From Eledone cirrhosa (taxonomy: Eukaryota), in the NCBI GenBank assembly GCA_964016885.1, contig OZ024743.1:72292001-72356000 (forward strand): a stretch of 64,000 bases of DNA, in the 5' to 3' direction. The notes beneath the pieces are model-generated. The model saw only the letters and a list, made by a program, of their open reading frames with translations. It made no database searches and was not told the DNA's origin. Every line of letters begins with the position of its first letter. The stretch's first letter is position 1. Shown here one piece after another: positions 25,240 to 39,394 of the stretch. A program made the translations under genes and the position numbers.

Positions 25240-26156
25240 ATAGTATAAAGAAAACGAAAAATCAGTGATGCATCTGGACTTAATTTATTGCGTGTTATAA
25301 TTGTTTTGCCGGCAGGTAGCTCGAGACATGGTCTTTGTATGTATATGGCTGATTCTACTTCTGCGTGTTCTTTCAGATACGGGTGATTCGTCTGGAACAA
25401 ATTTTATTACTGGGGTGTTATTATCAAAAAACACCCTAAAAAAACCCTACTTCTACTCTTGTCATGACATTGGCTATTTTTACTCCACGTCATCACAAGT
25501 TCTGGTCAGTATCTGCTGCCACACGAGTCATCAGCCATTTTCCGTCCGACACGTTTCGATGGAGTCATGCTGGGTTCAGTATTTCACACGTCTGTTCACA
25601 CTTCAGAGTAAGCACCCACACATACTAATATACACACATAAACACACACACATGCAGACACATACATATTTATGCATACACACACGTACGCCTACATGCG
25701 CAGATACACGCACCCCCACATACATACATAAAAGTATATATACACACACTCTCTCTCCCTTACTTCCACGGACCCACTCACACCCACTTGTGGATACATA
25801 TCGCCACAAGCCTTATGACGGCTGCTTACTTCTCGCCCTGTATCAGGTGGGATAAGCATGGCCTACTCAAACATACACATATATACATACATATACCTAC
25901 GCATATGCCAATATACATACATCTACACATGCATGCGCACACATGTTGCCACATGCATACACCTGCACATATGCATATCTGCCTACACATACATGTGCTT
26001 CCACATATACATATATAAACAAAACCGTAAATTAAAAGTTAAAAATACATTATGCAATAAAACAAAACATTATACAATAAAATAACGGTAAATTACCGTA
26101 ACATAAAAAATATACTATATAATATAATATACAATATGATATATATATATATATAT

Positions 26157-26195
<39 letters not shown>

Positions 26196-27070
26196 CACAT
26201 ACACACATGTCCACAGTCTCATACATACATATACGGATATATACGGATATATATAAAGGATATGTGATAAAGAAATACAACAAGAATAATAGTAATATAA
26301 TCATCCGCGCAGATTCCTATGAGATGCACATAAACACATACATGTATGCACAAATACACATACACTCACATAGAGGCCCATATATGCATGCACCCGCACC
26401 CAGACATATATATCTATATATATATATACACACACATATATATATATATATACACACAGTTACCCACCCCCACACACACACCTAATCATACGTGGCTATA
26501 CGTACATACGCACACATACATAGACATAGATATATATATATATATTCATATATACACACATATATACATATACACACATACACCCACATTCCGCCACATA
26601 TGTACATACATGCACATGTCTGCACATACACGACCGTATAAGCTCATGCACACACGCACCCATGCCCATACACCCCCCAGCACCCACCCACATATATATA
26701 TATACATATACATATACACACACACGTACATATACCCACGCACAGGTCCAATCATAAAAACACGCGAATATAAACGCAATATGATAATAAAATAAAATAA
26801 ATAAATAAATTTACAATATTTTAGGGTACACTAAAATCTGTATGTAACTGCATAAATAGGTACAAGAAAAAAAACGGTGTTTTTTTATGATAACACCCCA
26901 GTCATAAAATTTGCTCCAGACGAAACACCCGTGTCTGAAAGAACCCGCAGAAGTAGAATCAGACAGATCCATACAATGATCGTGTCTCGAGCTACCTGCC
27001 GGCGAAACAATTGTAACACGCAATAAATTAAGTCCAGATGCATCACTGATTTTTCCTTTTTTTATACTAT
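25240..27070 (+). mobile_element. ORF-less fold-back pLTR element (arms about 25240-25440 and 26875-27070) with a CA/TA-rich interior
   Basis: Diverged inverted arms, each carrying an HHR. Confidence 0.75.
26930..27020 (+). ncRNA. Hammerhead with long stem II and palindromic stem III (inverted copy at 25291-25381)
   Basis: CGTGT-CTGAAAGA-ACCCGCAG...CTGCCGGC-GAAA-CAATTG-TA-ACACG, then AATAAA; the core has one extra nucleotide. Confidence 0.7.
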
Positions 27071-27220
27071 CTACACTCTACTCTGCTGAATATCGAGTGC
27101 TAATTTTGACATACCGCCTAATGAAGCACCATAGCTACCATTATACACAACTATATATATATATATATATATCACATACGGAATGGAGAATAATTGGTGC
27201 GACGAATAAAATTTATTAGA

Positions 27221-27311
27221 CATATTACAATCGTTTCACTGGCGACCAGCTCGAGGAACGATCGATACAATGATCGAACTTGACTCAGAAATCGCAAGAT
27301 CCTCAGATACG
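27221..27311 (-). ncRNA. Hammerhead with long stem II in an orphan pLTR
   Basis: Minus strand reads CGTAT-CTGAGGA-TCTTGCGA...TCGCCAGT-GAAA-CGATTG-TA-ATATG, then AATAAA. Confidence 0.7.
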
Positions 27312-29081
27312 TGTCGATTCTACGAAGCAGAGTTTCCAAATCTCCAGTTACACCCGCGGCCTTCACTCGGCAGCTTAAATCCTGTCGCCTTTCGATGAGT
27401 GGTCAAGAATTGTACACGTCATCGGTATTGTTGCCCACTCCTGACCGTCGTATCTTTGGTTCCTTTCATATGCCACTTGTCAATCAAAGTTGTTTCTTAT
27501 ATCGGAATTACTACTGTAGGAGGTAAGGGGTTTTATGATTGAACCTCTCGCTCCCTGTCGCAGCCTTCCCAACCTGTAGGCGCTCACACCCATGTCCATG
27601 TTTCGCGCAGGCGTGATACATATGGGCACTTATACACCCACAGCGATCACATACACACCCGCAACTGTATTATATTCGACAATCCCAGTAAATTTTGACT
27701 GTGCAGCGAATACTTAGTAAGAATTTTAAAATAATAGAAAAACATTGAAAAGAACGTTTCAGAAAAACACACCCTCAAAATACCTAAAAAGCTCACATTT
27801 AAAAAAAAGCCCGGTAAAAAGAACATTTTTAAAAGAATGCTTTTGAAAGAGCCTTTCAAAAAAGTTATTTCAAATGTATTTTTGATAAATGTACGCATAT
27901 CTACACACACACTGTACTCAGGAAAGCATATATACTTAAGACGCTGCACATATATACAGATGAAAAAATGGAGACTCTACACATACATATGCATACACCT
28001 ACACAGATATGTTCATACAAATACATCCACCCAGACATGTATGCATATGTGCGTGGACACACATACATACATATACCCGCGCATGGGCATGCTTATACAT
28101 CTAAAAAAAAGCACATACTTGATGACTATCTACACATCCACACACACACACAACTGTGGACATGGCGCATAAATTGTTCATATGAGACAGCATACTTGAG
28201 GCTTGGACCCAACCCATTCATGTGGCAATACAAGCCTGAAAATGCATGCGCAATATGCATAAATGTAATAGCTACGTAGTAGCCATGCACTAATCACAGA
28301 TAACATTGGGGGTGGGGGGGGGCATATATAGATGCGTCTACGTACATAAAACAAAATAAAATAAGATAAAATAAAATACTGGAAAAAGGAATGTATACAT
28401 GGAAATGATGCAAAGGGGGTATCTGTTCCCGCCACCCGGACATTATTGGGATGTGCATAAAGTTGCATAAAATACTTGAATACTATGATGCATAGGGTTT
28501 TATAAGATACAGAAGGACTGACGATCCAAGTGACTGGGTAAGAACCTGCATATCAACCATGCACATGAGCCAGGTTTCATGACTAGTGGACACAGGGACA
28601 GTGTGTGCATACACAAACAAGTGATATAAATTGTGAATGTGTAGAACATCCTTTTCATAACAGTATATATGAAATGTACATGGGATGGATGCATACATGG
28701 AATATACCAGCGGCTTGTGTTGTAGGCATGTACATAGCAACGGCAGGTAAAGTTAGAATTAACTGCAACATTAACCTTAAGACCAGCATCAAGTCCAACA
28801 TCAAAGTTGCAAATTATACATCAAGAATCGAAAATTAAAAATTAAAAATCCAAAATTCAAATTCAAACTCAAAACCACACATAAGGTTGTAAACAAAATC
28901 AGACTTTTATATATATTTACTTCTGCATTCACAGATTGTTATTTTTTAGTTTCAGAATATCCCGTTAAGGGTGAAAGCAGCGATTCATTCCTTAAACTTT
29001 AATCTGTTATTTTAATAAATATTTAGTCTAAGGTTCTTATATATTTGATATATATTTATCCTTAACGAGCCCTCTTTGTAT

Positions 29082-29369
<288 letters not shown>

Positions 29370-29947
29370 GTATTGTAGCGGTACTCTTATATATCGGATT
29401 AGTATTCATTTTCAGGATTCTGAATTAATATTTCGTATTAGCTTCGGGACGCTGTATTATTATTTCGTATTAGGTTTTCTTTTTAGTATTTTGGCCCCCG
29501 ACTTGTTGACCTGTCATTGTAAGATAGATTAGGCCGAGTACTACTAACTCAGAAAATCATTTCACTACAATCTCGTATTTAGTATCCCGCCCCACCTATT
29601 AAACTTTTCTATAGTGAGAGATCTGATGATCGTGGTAGGGGAATAGTAACCAGAAATTGTGTTTTTTTATATTTTTAACATTCTTATTTTTCTATATAGA
29701 TTTACTCCATTATTGTTTCGACTTCCTCTCCCCCCTCCTCTTGACCTCTTATCCTGAGAGTTCTGGTGTAGTCGTCGCTTTCAACGCACGACTGGGTTTC
29801 TTCCGCTCCCTCTCCCTCTTTCTTCTACTGGAAAGTTCAGCTACCCCTTCCTTCCACAAAATGCCATGATAGAATTATCTGTCTCAACAACAAACTTTTG
29901 ACCAATCCTTTTGACAATCACAAGGATTTTACCATATATGGAATATT

Positions 29948-30043
29948 ACCCCCTGACAAGCTCGGCTATTCATTTACAAGGATAAAAAATTCCCTTTAGT
30001 CCAGAATTAGCCGTCGAAACGGCTTGAGCTCAGCCGTCGGGGT
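29948..30043 (+). ncRNA. Hammerhead with a stable stem III and a CUGACAA core (related copy at 57014-57066 minus)
   Basis: ACCCC-CTGACAA-GCTCGGCTA...TAGCCGTC-GAAA-CGGCT TGAGCTC AGCCG-TC-GGGGT. Confidence 0.7.
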
Positions 30044-30296
30044 CCTACTCGTTCCTATTACCAACTCTACTACCCTAAGTATTGAGTACTTTGGTGCGTT
30101 ATGGTCCTTCTTGTTCCTTACCACATTTCCTTCGTTTTATATATATATAGTTGTTATATAGTAAGGTGCATTATTGGTTGTGTAAAATGGTCCAATAAAT
30201 TTATGTTAGCAATATTAAGTTCTCCACGCTTTTGTATATCTCCAATTCCATTCAAGGGAACAGCTAGATGATGTAAAACGGAGTATAAGTATCAAA

Positions 30297-30615
30297 ATGA
30301 AAATCCGAAGGCAAGGTAAAATTCCAATGATTTAATCACGACATATGTTTCAATAAGAGATAGATCGATTGTGAAGCCATGATCGATTATCACAGATCTC
30401 ATCAGGTGAAAATGAATTGTCTTCAAATTCTTGATATGAGGGAGAAAAGTTTAAGCATCGTTTTTTTCTCCCTCATATCACGAATTTGAAGACAATTCAT
30501 TTTCACCTGATGAGATCAGTGATAATCGATCATGGCTTCACAATCGATCTATCTCTTATTGAAACATGTGTCGTGATTAAATGATTGGAATTTTACCTTG
30601 CCTTCGGATTTTCAT
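30297..30615. mobile_element. Short palindromic pLTR fold-back (arms 30297-30448 and 30464-30615), each arm with a hammerhead
   Basis: The arms differ at about 4 positions. HHR at 30503-30576 plus reads TCAC-CTGATGA-GATC...GAAA-CATGTG-TC-GTGA; mirror copy at 30336-30409. Confidence 0.85.
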
Positions 30616-30714
30616 ACATATATATATATATATATATATATAAATATATGTGTGTGTGCGTGTGTGTGCGTGTGTGTGCGTGTGTGTGTGTGTATATATG
30701 TATATGTATATATA

Positions 30715-31090
30715 TATAAAAGATGTATAAGTCAACATTTCATAATTTACTTCTTTCATTACAGTTATATATATTTCGGTGATAGCCACAATTCAACAAC
30801 TATGACCTTTTCACACACTTAGAAGCAACACAAAGAAAACATAAAAAACAAAGTTGTTCTCGGAGAAAAAATAATACAAGAGAAAAGTAAAGTTATTAAA
30901 CAGTTATTCTTACTTTCTGATATTGTAAGATTATATATAACGGTAATCAAAGAAGTAAATTATGAAGTGTTGACTCATACGTCTTGTTTATAAATTTACT
31001 CCGGAATTAACAGACCCTCTTGTGGACTTCGTTGAGTGCTCTACCTTGCATACTGAGGTGTTGGTGTTAAACTAAAACATAATTTGATTA
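30715..31090. mobile_element. Diverged relative of the family B pLTR, fold-back remnant
   Basis: 30720-30825 (minus) and 30935-31085 (plus) resemble 45400-45595 (TATATATA..GTAAT.AA.GAAG, GAGTGCTC...GCATACTGAGGTGTTGGT). Confidence 0.65.
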
Positions 31091-31164
31091 ATGTATATAT
31101 ATATATATATATATATACAATGATATTAAATAATGGAAACTATATTTATAAAACGATATTTATT

Positions 31165-31220
31165 CTATTATATATAATTTTCAAGGGTACCGAAAACTTT
31201 GGTACGCTGTCATCAGATAA
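31165..31220 (-). ncRNA. Hammerhead in an orphan pLTR
   Basis: Minus strand reads TTAT-CTGATGA-CAGCGTACC...GGTACCCTT-GAAA-ATTATATA-TA-ATAG, then AATAAA. Confidence 0.6.
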
Positions 31221-32118
31221 AATACAAAGTGTCTTTTACAAATTTTGACAAAGCCAAGGAACATACCTTAACGGTTGAAGTTTTCCTTGGATAGTGGACT
31301 TAAAGACAGATTTTTTCAAAATTGTTATGATGAGTATGCAAATGAATATGTAAATGAGGTTGAGGTATATGTTTGAAAAAAAACGTTATTGAGAATTTAG
31401 AAAAAAAACGCTATGGAGAATTTAGATATGTGTAGGAAAGAAAGAAAAGGATTAAAAAGGAAAAGGAAAAAAGAAAAGAAGACCTCGTATTTACGTTAAT
31501 TTTGGGGAAAAAATTTGAACATTTACATATATTATGTATATACTTATATGAAGAATTATGTTTGTAAGTATTTATCTTATTACAATATTGTAGTAGGTTA
31601 TATGTATACATATCTGTATATATTAATAATTGCATATGTATTAGTATTAAAGAGATATAGATAATTTACAATTATTAGTTGTTTATAATATGAGTTACGA
31701 GGGTGTAGATTTTGTGTTTTATGTAAATAAATAGGTAGTTCAAGTTATGAGAGGAGAACAATTTATAGATATGAATATTTTGTTCAGCATTGAAAATGTT
31801 TTCATAATATTGTTAATTTAGCGAAGTTACGTATATCATAAGTTTACACGATTGAGAAAAGAAGATAACTTCAATTTTGTTTCTAAATCGATAAATTTGA
31901 AGAGTTAGTGTGAGATTAATTATTTTAGTCGAAAGATGTGTGAATATTTGAAAATCAAAAAAAAGAGGAGATACGTGATGTGCTTATCTGAGAAACTGTC
32001 GTGAAGAGGATACATTTTCTAATGTCAGTTAATGTTTTTAAATAAAACATCTAAAAAAGCTATCTTTAGAGGGTGCTATTAGGAAAATAATGATGGAAGA
32101 ATTAAAAATAAAAAATAA

Positions 32119-32186
<68 letters not shown>

Positions 32187-32394
32187 ATCTATATAATTTA
32201 AATTTTTAATTTTTAATTCTTACATTATTATTATATGAAAATTTAAAACTTTACTATTCACAAGTGTTTTTTAAGCTTCATATCATGTCTACCTATTTTA
32301 TCTGATGCGAACGCAGATATCATCCCATGATGATATTTGTTTTTCAAATGCGTAAAATAAAATACTTGGAACTCTTTTAACCATCTTTTGATCT

Positions 32395-32489
<95 letters not shown>

Positions 32490-32490
<1 letters not shown>

Positions 32491-35135
32491 CGGCGATGAA
32501 TTAGTTTTGCGAGGTTTTTTATATGAAATCGTGTGTCGAAACAAATATTGTTATACTTGGGGAGGGTCATATTTGTGTAATATTGCCAGAATTAATAACA
32601 GAACAAACTCACTGTTTGGTGGTTTTCGCTTCTGTGTCTTTTATATCGGTAATCTAATTTATTCGGTCCTCAATGTTGCCATTGACTGACCAGCGGTCAA
32701 AAATAATACACATACAATATAGACACAAATACATATATATAGTTTATCAAAGTTCTTTCGTTGCACAACTGCAACATCGTCAGTGGTACTATTGTTTCCT
32801 CCCGTTACATTGTATGTCTACGCCATCTTTATTTAGTCTGTTTATATATTTATTTATTTATTTGTTTGTTTGTTTATTTTATTTTGTTTTCTTTGCGCAT
32901 GCGTTTGCCTGTGTGTATAGTGTTTTGTTTGATGTGTGTTCGTGATTGGGTGACTGTGTATTGGTTAATGTATTCTGTCTTTACTAGTGTGTGTTTATAT
33001 GTGTTTGTTGTTATTGTGCTTGTGTATGTATTTATTTATTTATCTATTTATTTATTTATTTATTTATTTATACTTCTCTTAGGTCAGTGTTGTTTGTTTG
33101 GGTGTTGTTGTTATTCCATTCATTCTTTCTGTTTAGTATTGGCCTTCTAACTTCTATTTCACTGGCCTCTCTGATTTGCTATCTGCTGGTTCATTTCTAT
33201 GTTTAGATATTATTCTAATTTCTATGTTGTCTATGTTACCTTCGTGTTGTTGTCTGGCATGTTCGTATAGTACTGACCCGTTTTTTCGTCCTTTTAGTTC
33301 CCCCCAGTGTTGGTCTATCCTTTCACCTATGCTACGAGCTGTCTCGCCTATGTATGTTGTTGTCATGATTCTGCAAGTACCCTCTGTACATCTTATGCTA
33401 TAGACTACGTTTCTAGTTTTACAGTTTATCCGGGGGTTTACCTTACATATGATACATTTCCTATTAGTACAGTGGGTTTTCTTAAAAGGGTAGGTTTTGC
33501 TGATCAAGGATTTTATGGTGGTTCCTGGCTTTTCTACCACCTTAATTTTTAAGTGGGTCTTTCTCAGGGCCTTTCTACATTGGTTAGCTAATTTCCCTCC
33601 AGGAGTAGCGTCCACAAACATGACACTCTGGTATCTCTGGTTGTCGTACCATGAGGTGGCCTTCCCTATCTTATGTCTAGCCCTATCTAAGCTATTCCAT
33701 GATTTGCTCCTGTATAATGGGCAAATTCCTTTCATGTCCAGTTGTATGAGGGTTTTATACTTATCCGTGGCTATTTCGTATAATCTGACTCTGTCTCTTT
33801 GGTTGTAGCCAGAGAACTGCATGCGGTTGATGAAGTGTTGGATGTGTCTTTCCATTTCTGTTGGGTCGCACATGCGGGACAAATTCTTCATCACTCGTAC
33901 CAAATCTGCGATCAGAGTATTAAACTTAGCACAACTGGACATTGCTGAGTTTTTGAGTATCAGGTATTTGGAGGCCATGGGTTTAGCATAGTGTGAGTGG
34001 AGAATTTGGGCTCTCTCGTCTATAGTGTTAATCCAGAGTTCCGTGTTTAATACAGGTAATCTATTGTTAGGGCGTTTGTAATGGTAGTCGATAGTTACAG
34101 TTATACTCTGGTGTATGGAATTAGCTATCTGCTGGATGCTTTCCATTGTGCTACGTTCTAAATCAAACTTGTTAGTGCTCTCTAGTGGGGATGTTCCTAT
34201 AACTATATTGATATCGTCTACGTAACGAGAGTACATGATGAGGTCTATGGAGCTCTCATTAAGGAGATCTTTAAGTCTCCTTTCCCACCATACCTTAAAA
34301 AGGTTGGCAACATCACCAGCTATGCTGACGCCAATGGCTGCTGCCTCATTTTGGGTGTAGATCTTCTCGTTGAACTTGAATATGTGGCCCTTTAGGATAG
34401 TTTTGATACTAGCCCCTATTGCATGTGCGACCAATTTTCTTACCTGATAATTGTTTTGGGTGTCCGTATGGCTTTGGTCCACCCAATCCACTTTCCCATG
34501 GGAGAACTTTTTGCCATTGAGGTTATGGTGGGGGTTCTACCACTTATGGGTCTACTAGGGCAGACACGTCTAAAGTCATGGCTGTCTAGGTAGTCAGTGT
34601 CGTAGGTAAGTCTAAGTAGGAGGCCCAGTTTATCTGTGTCGACGTCGCGGAACTCCACCTCACTCTCAATGATCATCTTCACACATTTTTCCACAGCAAA
34701 ATCAATGTTAATGGATGGGTACAGTGATACCACATCCATGCTGCCTATTATGCAGTTGGATAGGTTCCTGTTTTTGTTGCACTCACTGATTCTGCTGAGG
34801 AGGTCCTCTGTACTGTCACATACATCTGGGGACATCTTGATTATGGGGCGTATAACCATTGAGAGGAAGTAGGGGATCCTGTAGTTGCTAGCTATATTAG
34901 CTCCGCATACGGGTCTTGTTGGTGGTCCTGTTGTCGGGTCGTCGACTGTCTTGTGGTCTTTGCGGAGCCCATACAAGTGTGGTATGCCATTGTTAGACGC
35001 CTGGAAGTTGTTGGCAGTGCGTCTGCTTGGCTTTAGGTTGGCAGTCCACATCATCATGTGAGCTTTGAAGATTTTCTCTCTCCCATCATGTGTTTGCTGT
35101 ACAATTTCGCTCGTGTTGGTGATGTGGGGTTGCAT
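32490..35135 (-). mobile_element. PLE family A, copy 3 (5'-truncated, frameshifted)
   Basis: ORFs 33154-34491 and 34440-35144 are homologous to 20300-22507; pLTR at about 32490-33070 abuts (TA)n. Confidence 0.92.
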
Positions 35136-35989
35136 TTGTGGCATTTATATTGATATTTGTGGCATTTATAAATATATTAATCGCAACATATTCAGTTACG
35201 AACAACTACTGCAATCAAATAATATTGGAATCTTTTCACAATAAATAATATAAGAGGAGGCAATATAAAGCATAAGATATCATGCATATATTATCAATCA
35301 CAGCCATGAATTTCATTCTAAGTATTCTTACGTGCTGGTTTAAATAATGACGCCCACCTTATGTAATGATTCATTTGAATTTCAATATTTTACTTGGGAT
35401 TTTTTGTACAAGACTTTTTTATATTCTAAGTGATGTCTTTATGCAGCCTGGACAAATGAAGTTTGTATCGCATTAATATAAGTCTCGGATCAATTATAGT
35501 GTGTGGTATACTAGGCAAGTGCTAGTTCCCATAGCCGTAGAATGTCATATGGCTGCAAGTCAAATTTTCTAAAATGAAAACTGTTTAGAAATTCTTCAAT
35601 TGAACTGTAGCTGTATTTTAAACGGGCAGCCATATCACACACTGTGTTAAGTTGAATATCCATGATAATCATGTTATATATACACACATGCCTTTGACAT
35701 TATCAGCCATATATACGTTAATTTCTTGAGCAGGTTGTTCCGCTGGACGAACAAATGGAACACCCCTCATTGATACCAGCGGAGATTTTTTCCGTTAAAA
35801 CAAAAATCAACGTTTATACAACTTCACAAAACTCTACATATATTAACTGTCTGTTATAGATAAGAGGCAAACGATTTGAGGACTGTGCCCACCACCACGA
35901 CCCTCTCAGGAATAAGTAGGCGAAGAAGATGGAGAATAGAAAACTTGTAGATAATTTATAGAGTTCTATCCCAGCTACATTATTTTGGA

Positions 35990-36392
35990 AGAGGGCGGTG
36001 AAAGGTGGATTGGCAGTATCGGTAGAGGGTCGCACGCCATGCTTTTACGCATAGGTCGTTGCCATTCTGAGTTCGAATCCCGCCGAGGTTAACTTTGCCT
36101 TTCATCCTTACGGAGTTGATAAAATAAAGTACCAGTAATGTACTGGGATAATTGCTGGCCTTGTGCCAAAAGTATAAACAATTATTTTGGAAGAGGGCGG
36201 TGGATTGGCAGTATCGGAAGAGGGTCGGATGCCATGCTTTGCAGCAATGACTTACTGCCCTTTATGATCTGAGTTGAAATCCCGCCGAGGTTAACTTTGC
36301 CTTTCAACCTTATGGGGTCGATAAAATAAAGTACCAGTAATGCACTGAGATAATTTCTGGCCTTGTGCCAAAAGTAGAAACAATTATTTTGG
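35990..36392 (+). mobile_element. Two tandem tRNA-derived SINE copies (about 35990-36185 and 36190-36392)
   Basis: B-box-like GAGTTCGAATCCC, shared body and 3' GGCCTTGTGCCAAAAGTA.AAACAATTATT; ATTATTTTGGAA recurs at each boundary. Confidence 0.8.
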
Positions 36393-37863
36393 AATAAGTC
36401 TTAGGTTTGTAAAGAACAGGATATTGCGTGAGTCAAAAACGAAGTTAATTAGATTCATAAAGTAAGCTGGTTTATTTCAAATGGAACACAAGCCATCATT
36501 TGGTTGACGAGATAAAACGTGTGATGTTCGTGGTTTAGTGTCATATATTAAGAGGAATTCTTTTATCTAGAATTGAAACCGAGAACTTTAAGATTTGTCG
36601 AGAAAATAAATTTTATTGTTTAACTCTCATTGGGCAACCTTTCAGTTTTATGGACTGTATAGTTAATATTCAAACATTTCTATTTGTATTACTTTACCTA
36701 CTTTTGTTTCAATGTTATTAATATATAATGGGGAGTATTAATACGGATATTATTACAAAAGTAGATCTATATGGAATGAAATAATAACACAATGTAAGTA
36801 TATATTTAAAGACAAATGATCAATTTTCAATGACTTCGCTATATACAGAATTAATAACGCTAATGTTATAGAAAAGCTTTTACTTTCAGTACTTCAAACA
36901 AAACAGTCTTATAATATTGTTTAAACGTAAACCACATGAGGTTGATAATGGCGATGATGATGATGATGATGTGTCGAAAGAGAAGTAGTAACAAAAGGAG
37001 GAGAAAGTTTAGTCAATAATAATAGTTTCTTTCGGAGAAACATGTAAACAGTTTGTAGATGAGCGAAGTATATATTACTACTAAGACAAATTTACTTTAT
37101 CTTTTCTGATAAGTGTCAGTCTCTATCACACAACGAAATATCAATTTATGACTAGAGTATAAAATAGATGCATTACATAAAATGCATGGCATTTAAACAG
37201 TAAAAATAGGCCACATAAGAATGATATATAAGAGTGACAGAATAGGAAATAAATCTAATTTCATTTGAGGTGCTAGTTTGTCTGATTCTCGGTGGTTTCT
37301 TAGCAGGGGATAGCTGATTGTTAAATCAAGGTTATTACATACATTCGAATGATAGCATTAAAGAGGAGTCATGGTAAGGGATAGCAACAGGAATGAGTGA
37401 TAATTAGAAAGTAATAACTGCTGTGGAATTGTAACCTAAGCAAACACGAAAGAACAGCCAAACTCCCACTGTCATCGCCTCCATCTCTCTGGCCATCCCC
37501 ATCTCTACGCATGGTGAGCAAATGCTGGCCTCCCCAAAGCCCCGGCGGGCAGAATGGAGAAGACGTTTCCCCGGATGAGGGTAAGGGAGATGCGCTGGAA
37601 GATCCATTCCAACACGCGAGGCTCACAGCTGCGGCTGGCTAGCTCAGCGCCAATGGTGGAGAATAGTGAGGTAGCCCTAATGGCATTGGATAATTTACAC
37701 GACTCACACACGTATACGTCGTCCACATACACACGTCACACACACATGTACATGTACAAACAAAATGGATAATCAGTATATAATGTTGATATTGGTGGCA
37801 TGTGTATTTACATATTGACGCATGCTCACAAACACACATACAAACACAATATGTATTTATATA

Positions 37864-37943
<80 letters not shown>

Positions 37944-37945
<2 letters not shown>

Positions 37946-38118
37946 TAAGTTATTCCGGGTTGAGTCGGAGGTAACCACAGTAGGTAAGGTACTCAATACA
38001 TAGCATAGTATAAAAGTTTTAATATAGATGAGATTCTACAGGACTAGAACTGTTTCATTCTTTAGACATCATCAGGAATCTCAGTCCTAGTCCTGTAGAA
38101 TCTGATCTATATTAAAGC
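37944..38118 (-). mobile_element. Orphan pLTR with a hammerhead remnant (38040-38076) and a short inverted terminal copy
   Basis: CTGATGA-TGTCTAAAGAAT-GAAA-CAGTTC-TA; AATATAGATGAGATTCTACAGGACTAG is mirrored at about 38087-38113; (TA)n on both sides. Confidence 0.65.
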
Positions 38119-38395
38119 TATATATATATATATATATACTTATTTGGGGAACGTCTGCCATTACTGAATTGTCAGGCTGGCCCCGAATCCGTCCTCTATT
38201 TTCTATTCTCTATTTGTGATTAATGTAATACTGTTGACTATTTCAACAATTAACACGTGCTAAAATCATTTATGTCTTGCATCAAGATCGGATGATATGG
38301 CTGAGCCATCGAAATAAGTAAAGTGATTTCGCGGAATTAAAATTGTGAAGTAAATTTCCTGCCTGGCCTTTAATTATTGTTGTGTTTTGAATATA

Positions 38396-38474
<79 letters not shown>

Positions 38475-38476
<2 letters not shown>

Positions 38477-39255
38477 CGAACAATAAGAAAATTATAAAAA
38501 TTAACTTACTTACTAAAATTTCACTCCAACTAATTAGTTTCTGAAAGGGAATAAACATGGTTTCCAAAAGGAAAGCATGGTGAAGCCGGTTCGTCATCAG
38601 GAAGTCTGTTCTCAGCTAAGATACCTGGCGATGCGTGGACACAGGGAACTTATACAAAAATAATTCAGTGGATGGAAAGAAGCAAGCCTGGACTAAATTC
38701 CAAGACATTGAAAAAATCACTGCCTACTTGGTCGGTGGCAAATTGAAAAGAATCAATCACGTGACATCGAGGTTAATCAGTGAGGAGTGGGGTGTTAAAA
38801 AGACAGTAGCCAAGCCATTACTATGAACTATAGTAGCAGTTTTGGCAAACTTTTGCTCAACAAAATAATTTGGAGAAAATATAAAGTATTAGTATATTAC
38901 CAACATATATATACAGATGCATACCTATGCTAGCAAATATATAGGTTTAGTCTTAGTAACTTTGTGGTTCAATGCAAGGGGATGCAGAACAATTATATGA
39001 ATGACGTAAAATAAAAAAATTATAAAAATTAACTACTTACTAAAATTTCACTCCAACTAATTAGTTTCTGAAAGGGAATAAACATGGTTTCTAAATGGAA
39101 AGCATGGAGAAGCCGTTTCGTCATCAGGAAGTCTGTTCTCAGCTAAGAAACCTGGCGATGCGTGGACACAGGGAACTTATACAAAAATAATTCAATGGAT
39201 GGAAAAAAGCAAGCGTGGACTAAATTCCAAGACATTGAAAAAATCACTGCCTACT
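38475..39255 (-). mobile_element. ORF-less partial-tandem element with two hammerheads 527 nt apart (38523-38605 and 39050-39132)
   Basis: Direct repeat about 38484-38728 and 39011-39255. Minus strand reads ACTTC-CTGATGA...TTTCA-GAAA-CTAATTAG-TT-GGAGT. (TA)n on both sides. Confidence 0.75.
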
Positions 39256-39261
39256 TATATA

Positions 39262-39393
<132 letters not shown>

Positions 39394-39394
39394 G

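Noticed and set aside
37480-37700. GC-rich island as a possible exon or tRNA
   Set aside because: No recognisable protein motif, cloverleaf or convincing splice-site pair.
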